DNA of 64,000 nt. It comes from an uncultured bacterium. Lineage in GTDB: Bacteria > Desulfobacterota_D > UBA1144 > Nemesobacterales > UBA2774. Shown here piece after piece: positions 60,505 to 64,000 of the stretch; within the stretch, counting starts at the first letter, position 1; each line of letters begins with the position of its first letter. The position numbers were made by a program, and so were the translations under genes. Below the pieces are notes generated by a model. That model worked only from the letters and a program-made list of their open reading frames with translations. It was not told the origin of the DNA and searched no databases. Location of the stretch: assembly GCA_963825135.1 (NCBI GenBank), contig CAWGRW010000009.1, positions 2,240,001 to 2,304,000 on the forward strand. Reading direction: 5' to 3'.

Positions 60505-61629
60505 TTATCCTTTGGAATTAAAGGGGGAGGGCATACGCAGGGCGTCCCGGATAAGAGCTTCGTCAATCTTTATCCCGTAGCCTCCGTCAATCTCCGCCAT
60601 TCGGCCCAAGGTCTCCGGGAGGACCATCTCGATTCTCCCTCCGCGGGATTTTTTATCGAGCTTCGTCGCTTCGATAATATCCTGAATTTTCATATTTTCA
60701 GGCATGAGTGTGGGCAGGCCCGCCGCGACTAAAAGCCCGCTGAGCTTTCCGAGCTCCTTTTCCTTCCATAACCCCATCCTGACCGCGAGCTTCCCCTCTG
60801 CCGCCATGCCGATTGATATCGCTTCCCCGTGCGTGATTTTATATTCTGACAGGTTCTCGACGGCGTGACCTATGGTATGGCCGAAGTTCAGTATTTTTCT
60901 GAGGTTCGATTCCCTCTCGTCAAGCTCGACGACCTCTCCCTTTATCTCGCATCCTCTTTTAATGATATGGGTAAGCGCCCCCTTGTCGTATGAGAATATC
61001 CTGTCCATATTCCGCTCTAGGAATGAAAAGAGATCGGCGTCTTTAATAACGCCGTATTTTATCACCTCCGCGAGGCCTTCCCTTATCTCCTTTCGGTTGA
61101 GTGTAAGGAGCGTGTCCACGTCTATGTACACCCTCCACGGCTGGTGGAACGCGCCGATGAGGTTTTTGCCGTGCGGTGTGTCGACGGCGGTCTTCCCGCC
61201 AATCGAGCTGTCGACGCAGGCGACGAGTGTGGTCGGGACCTGGATGTATGGGAGCCCGCGCGTGTAGGTAGAGGCGACATAACCGGCTATATCGCCGGCT
61301 ACACCTCCGCCTAGCGCCACGACGGCCGAGTCCCGCCCGAATTTATTCTCCAGCATACGGTCCTCGATCCACGTTTTTGTCTCCCGGTTCTTATGGCTCT
61401 CACCCGCGGGAAACGCTATTAAATGTGCGTCGAGACCGGCCCGCTCGAATTCATGAAGCAGTTTACGCCCATAAAGGGTCTCTACGTTCGAGTCGGTGAC
61501 GATAGCATATTTATGGGCCAGCACCGCTTCCTTCATATCTCCGGGGATGCGGCTGACGATATCCTCACCTATAACGATATCGTAGGACTTATCCTCGCTA
61601 ATTTTAAGGTTTACTCTTATCTTTTCCAT
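60505..61629 (-). CDS. aroB: 3-dehydroquinate synthase
   Basis: GGGVAGD, PTTL..VDSSIGGKT, KNLIGAF, LNFGHTIGHA, HGEAI, DKK. Confidence 0.97.
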   Translation of the reverse strand: MEKIRVNLKISEDKSYDIVIGEDIVSRIPGDMKEAVLAHKYAIVTDSNVETLYGRKLLHEFERAGLDAHLIAFPAGESHKNRETKTWIEDRMLENKFGRDSAVVALGGGVAGDIAGYVASTYTRGLPYIQVPTTLVACVDSSIGGKTAVDTPHGKNLIGAFHQPWRVYIDVDTLLTLNRKEIREGLAEVIKYGVIKDADLFSFLERNMDRIFSYDKGALTHIIKRGCEIKGEVVELDERESNLRKILNFGHTIGHAVENLSEYKITHGEAISIGMAAEGKLAVRMGLWKEKELGKLSGLLVAAGLPTLMPENMKIQDIIEATKLDKKSRGGRIEMVLPETLGRMAEIDGGYGIKIDEALIRDALRMPSPFNSKG

Positions 61630-61651
61630 CCTGCCCGCCGCATCAATTATA

Positions 61652-62626
61652 TTATAACTCTAACTCCTTCTCTCCCCTGAACGAAAATATCCTCACTTTC
61701 GGTCCCGCTTCCAGACGAACGTCGGTCGGTCTCTCTCCTGTAAATATCTCACCGTCAATTATATACCCGTTGTTCCTCTCGACCCGGAGTGTCCTCACCG
61801 TCCTGTTCACGAAGTCTCCGTTTTTATCCGACTTGAGACTCCTGTATAGGCCGAGCGGCAGCGTGTGCCGCTGCTCTCTGATATAATTCTCCCTTACGTA
61901 AACCATGTTGAAAGACTCGCCCGGCACCGATTCCTCGGCGAAGATATCGAAGCCGAAAACGAATTTCTTCAGGCTCGACGCGATCATCAGCACGTGGCCG
62001 TCGTGAGGGAGTTTCTCTCCATCCGCGTAGACTGTCGAATCGACGTTCTCGAATGGTCCCCGCTCGCCGTTCGATAGCAGGGTCAGTATCGTTTTGATCG
62101 TCATTATGGACGCCACCTGGATTCCGGCGCCCTGTTTATAGTAATCGATCAGGAAACGGTAGAGGAACCCGTCGATCCATGAAAATCCGTAATAATGGTC
62201 TTCGGAATTTGTATTCCGTATACGGATTAGCCCCCTCTCTATCACTCTCACCGGCGCCCCGCGTCTCAGGATATCGTTTAATTTTCGGCAAATCGCGAAC
62301 TGACTCTCCCTCAGGCCGGCGTCGGACCCTATCATGTTGATGGTGCCGCCCATGAGCGGCAGGATTACAGGCAGTTTGTCATCGCCAAACAGTTTCAGAT
62401 AAGCACTCAGGACGCTGCATATAGTCCCGTCCCCCCCGCTTATCAGGAGGAGCTTTACACCTTCATCGTGAAATTCCTCCATCACTCCCGGAATTTCGAG
62501 CTTGTTCTTGGTCGTACGGAGTAATGCCTTGCCGCCGAATATATCGTCGAGCTTCTTTATCACGGCGGTCGTCTTCCTGCTGTTAATCTTTGCCGACGGA
62601 TTTAAAATAATGCCTATCTGTTTCAT
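61652..62626 (-). CDS. Diacylglycerol kinase family protein
   Basis: ILNPSA, GGDGT, GGTIN, IDGE; ATGA overlap with apt. Confidence 0.85.
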   Translation of the reverse strand: MKQIGIILNPSAKINSRKTTAVIKKLDDIFGGKALLRTTKNKLEIPGVMEEFHDEGVKLLLISGGDGTICSVLSAYLKLFGDDKLPVILPLMGGTINMIGSDAGLRESQFAICRKLNDILRRGAPVRVIERGLIRIRNTNSEDHYYGFSWIDGFLYRFLIDYYKQGAGIQVASIMTIKTILTLLSNGERGPFENVDSTVYADGEKLPHDGHVLMIASSLKKFVFGFDIFAEESVPGESFNMVYVRENYIREQRHTLPLGLYRSLKSDKNGDFVNRTVRTLRVERNNGYIIDGEIFTGERPTDVRLEAGPKVRIFSFRGEKELEL

Positions 62627-63144
62627 GCCTCGTATTTGACCACCGACCATACGGGGTGGGGGGAGAGCCTTTTCTGACCTTCGAGCTCGGTGAGCTCGAC
62701 CAGGAAGCAGTACCCCGCGATTTCCCCTCCGAGTTTCTCTATGAGGTCGCCCGCCGCCTTTGCGGTTCCCCCCGTCGCCAGCAGGTCGTCGATGAGCACG
62801 ACCCTGCTGCCGTGATGTATTGCGTCCCTGTGGACTTCGAGAGAGTCTGAGCCGTATTCGAGGTCGTAGGAGGCGTTTATCGTTACGTACGGGAGTTTCC
62901 CCGGCTTCCTCACGATGACAAGCCCCGTTCGGAGCTTTAGCGCCAGGGCGGACGCGAATATGAACCCGCGCGCTTCGATGCCCACTAGATAGTCGATTTT
63001 ATCCCCCCCGAGCCTATCTGCCATTTGTTCGATTGCCGATTCGAACGCCCCGGCGTTTTGAAGGAGCGGGGTTATGTCGTGAAAAATTATCCCCTCTTTA
63101 GGAAAATCGGGAATGTCCCTGATGTATTGCCTGAGATCTTTCAT
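62623..63144 (-). CDS. apt: Adenine phosphoribosyltransferase
   Basis: DFPKEGIIFHDIT, EARGF, RKPGKLP, LEYG, DDLLATGGT. Confidence 0.97.
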   Translation of the reverse strand: MKDLRQYIRDIPDFPKEGIIFHDITPLLQNAGAFESAIEQMADRLGGDKIDYLVGIEARGFIFASALALKLRTGLVIVRKPGKLPYVTINASYDLEYGSDSLEVHRDAIHHGSRVVLIDDLLATGGTAKAAGDLIEKLGGEIAGYCFLVELTELEGQKRLSPHPVWSVVKYEA

Positions 63145-63163
63145 TAACCATTCTCCTTTTAAG

Positions 63164-63880
63164 TTATGGCAGGTAGTCGAGCGGGTTTACCGGTTTACCG
63201 TCTTTTCTTATTTCGAAGTGCAGATGGTTCCCGGTGGCGTTGCCGGTCTCTCCGACTTCCGCAATTATCTCTCCCGACCTGACACAGGTCCCGGGCTTCA
63301 CATCGTTCTTGCTATTGTGCGCGTAGAGCGTGCTCATCCCCCCGCCGTGCTCAATGACTACTATCCTTCCGTATCCGGAAAATCCCTTCATGCCGTCGTC
63401 GCTTATCAGTACCAGTCCGTCTGCGGCGGCTCTTATGGGAGTGCCGCCGGGCGCTGGTATGTCTATGCCCCAGTGGAACCTCCTGCCCCGCTTTCCGAAA
63501 CCCGAGGATATCTTCCCGGGCAGGGGCCAAATCAGCCCGGAAGAAACAACCGCGCCCGGGATTTTAAGCATGGTGCCTACGGGTATGTTCGTATAGTCTT
63601 CTATATTGTTTGCCTGTATTAGTTCTTTAACGGTAATACCGTACATGACTGATACCCGGTATAAAGTCTCTCCCTCTTCGAGAACATGATATCTGTTACC
63701 CTCTCTGATTGTTGCTCTGCCCGTCAGGCACCGCTCTATGTCTTTTTCGCTGACTTTAGGAACGGTAGGCTGCGGCGGATTTTTACCGCAGGCCCCGAGC
63801 AATGCGAGCGTCAGCAAAACCGATAGCCATTTCCACTGCCTCTCTCGGATTGTCTGCCTGCCTAATATCGGATGATACAT
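63164..63880 (-). CDS. LysM + M23 peptidase lipoprotein (NlpD-like)
   Basis: Lipobox LGAC; LysM GETLYRVS; HWGIDI, YAHN, TGNATGNHLHFE. Confidence 0.92.
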   Translation of the reverse strand: MYHPILGRQTIRERQWKWLSVLLTLALLGACGKNPPQPTVPKVSEKDIERCLTGRATIREGNRYHVLEEGETLYRVSVMYGITVKELIQANNIEDYTNIPVGTMLKIPGAVVSSGLIWPLPGKISSGFGKRGRRFHWGIDIPAPGGTPIRAAADGLVLISDDGMKGFSGYGRIVVIEHGGGMSTLYAHNSKNDVKPGTCVRSGEIIAEVGETGNATGNHLHFEIRKDGKPVNPLDYLP

Positions 63881-64000
63881 CCCAAGTATTTATCCCTATG
63901 ACCGGAATTTCCAATCTGAGAGCGAAGGCGATTTCAGATAATGTACCGAAGCTCCCGCCTATTGCAATCAGAGCGTCGCTCGAGCGGACTACTATAATAT

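Overview
Bacterial chromosomal window, mostly housekeeping genes interleaved with small accessory genes. An IPTL-CTERM-type sorted protein and a futalosine menaquinone pathway are compatible with a Dadabacteria-like lineage (inference only). Contents: the start of a cbb3 oxidase locus (ccoI-ccoS-ccoN), ychF-pyrD, recO-argJ, mgtE, a futalosine cluster (ubiA/mqnP, ubiX, ubiD-like, mqnE), a STAS/PP2C/anti-sigma module, oxalate decarboxylase, mtnN, a cytochrome P460-like multiheme lipoprotein, mepA, ArsR-SRPBCC-DUF899, rarA, gloA, tRNA-Ser-SRP-dnaX-ybaB-recR and M23-apt-DAGK-aroB-trmB. No CRISPR, transposase or integrase was seen. Several genes carry single-base frameshifts that are probably assembly errors. 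Most notable unexplained signals: (1) two independent cargo insertions, each bracketed by a diverged duplicate of the last ~21 codons of the neighbouring gene; (2) a REP-like cluster in which two different palindromes are each split by the same covarying structured motif, directly upstream of a secreted 10-Cys prepropeptide-like gene; (3) a pair of paralogous two-domain secreted proteins with ~12 aa versus ~270 aa linkers; (4) an unannotated 31-aa membrane protein upstream of the cbb3 locus; (5) a circularly permuted Tat-lipoprotein D-amino acid oxidase; (6) a P460-domain hexaheme lipoprotein. All alignments and counts were done by eye.
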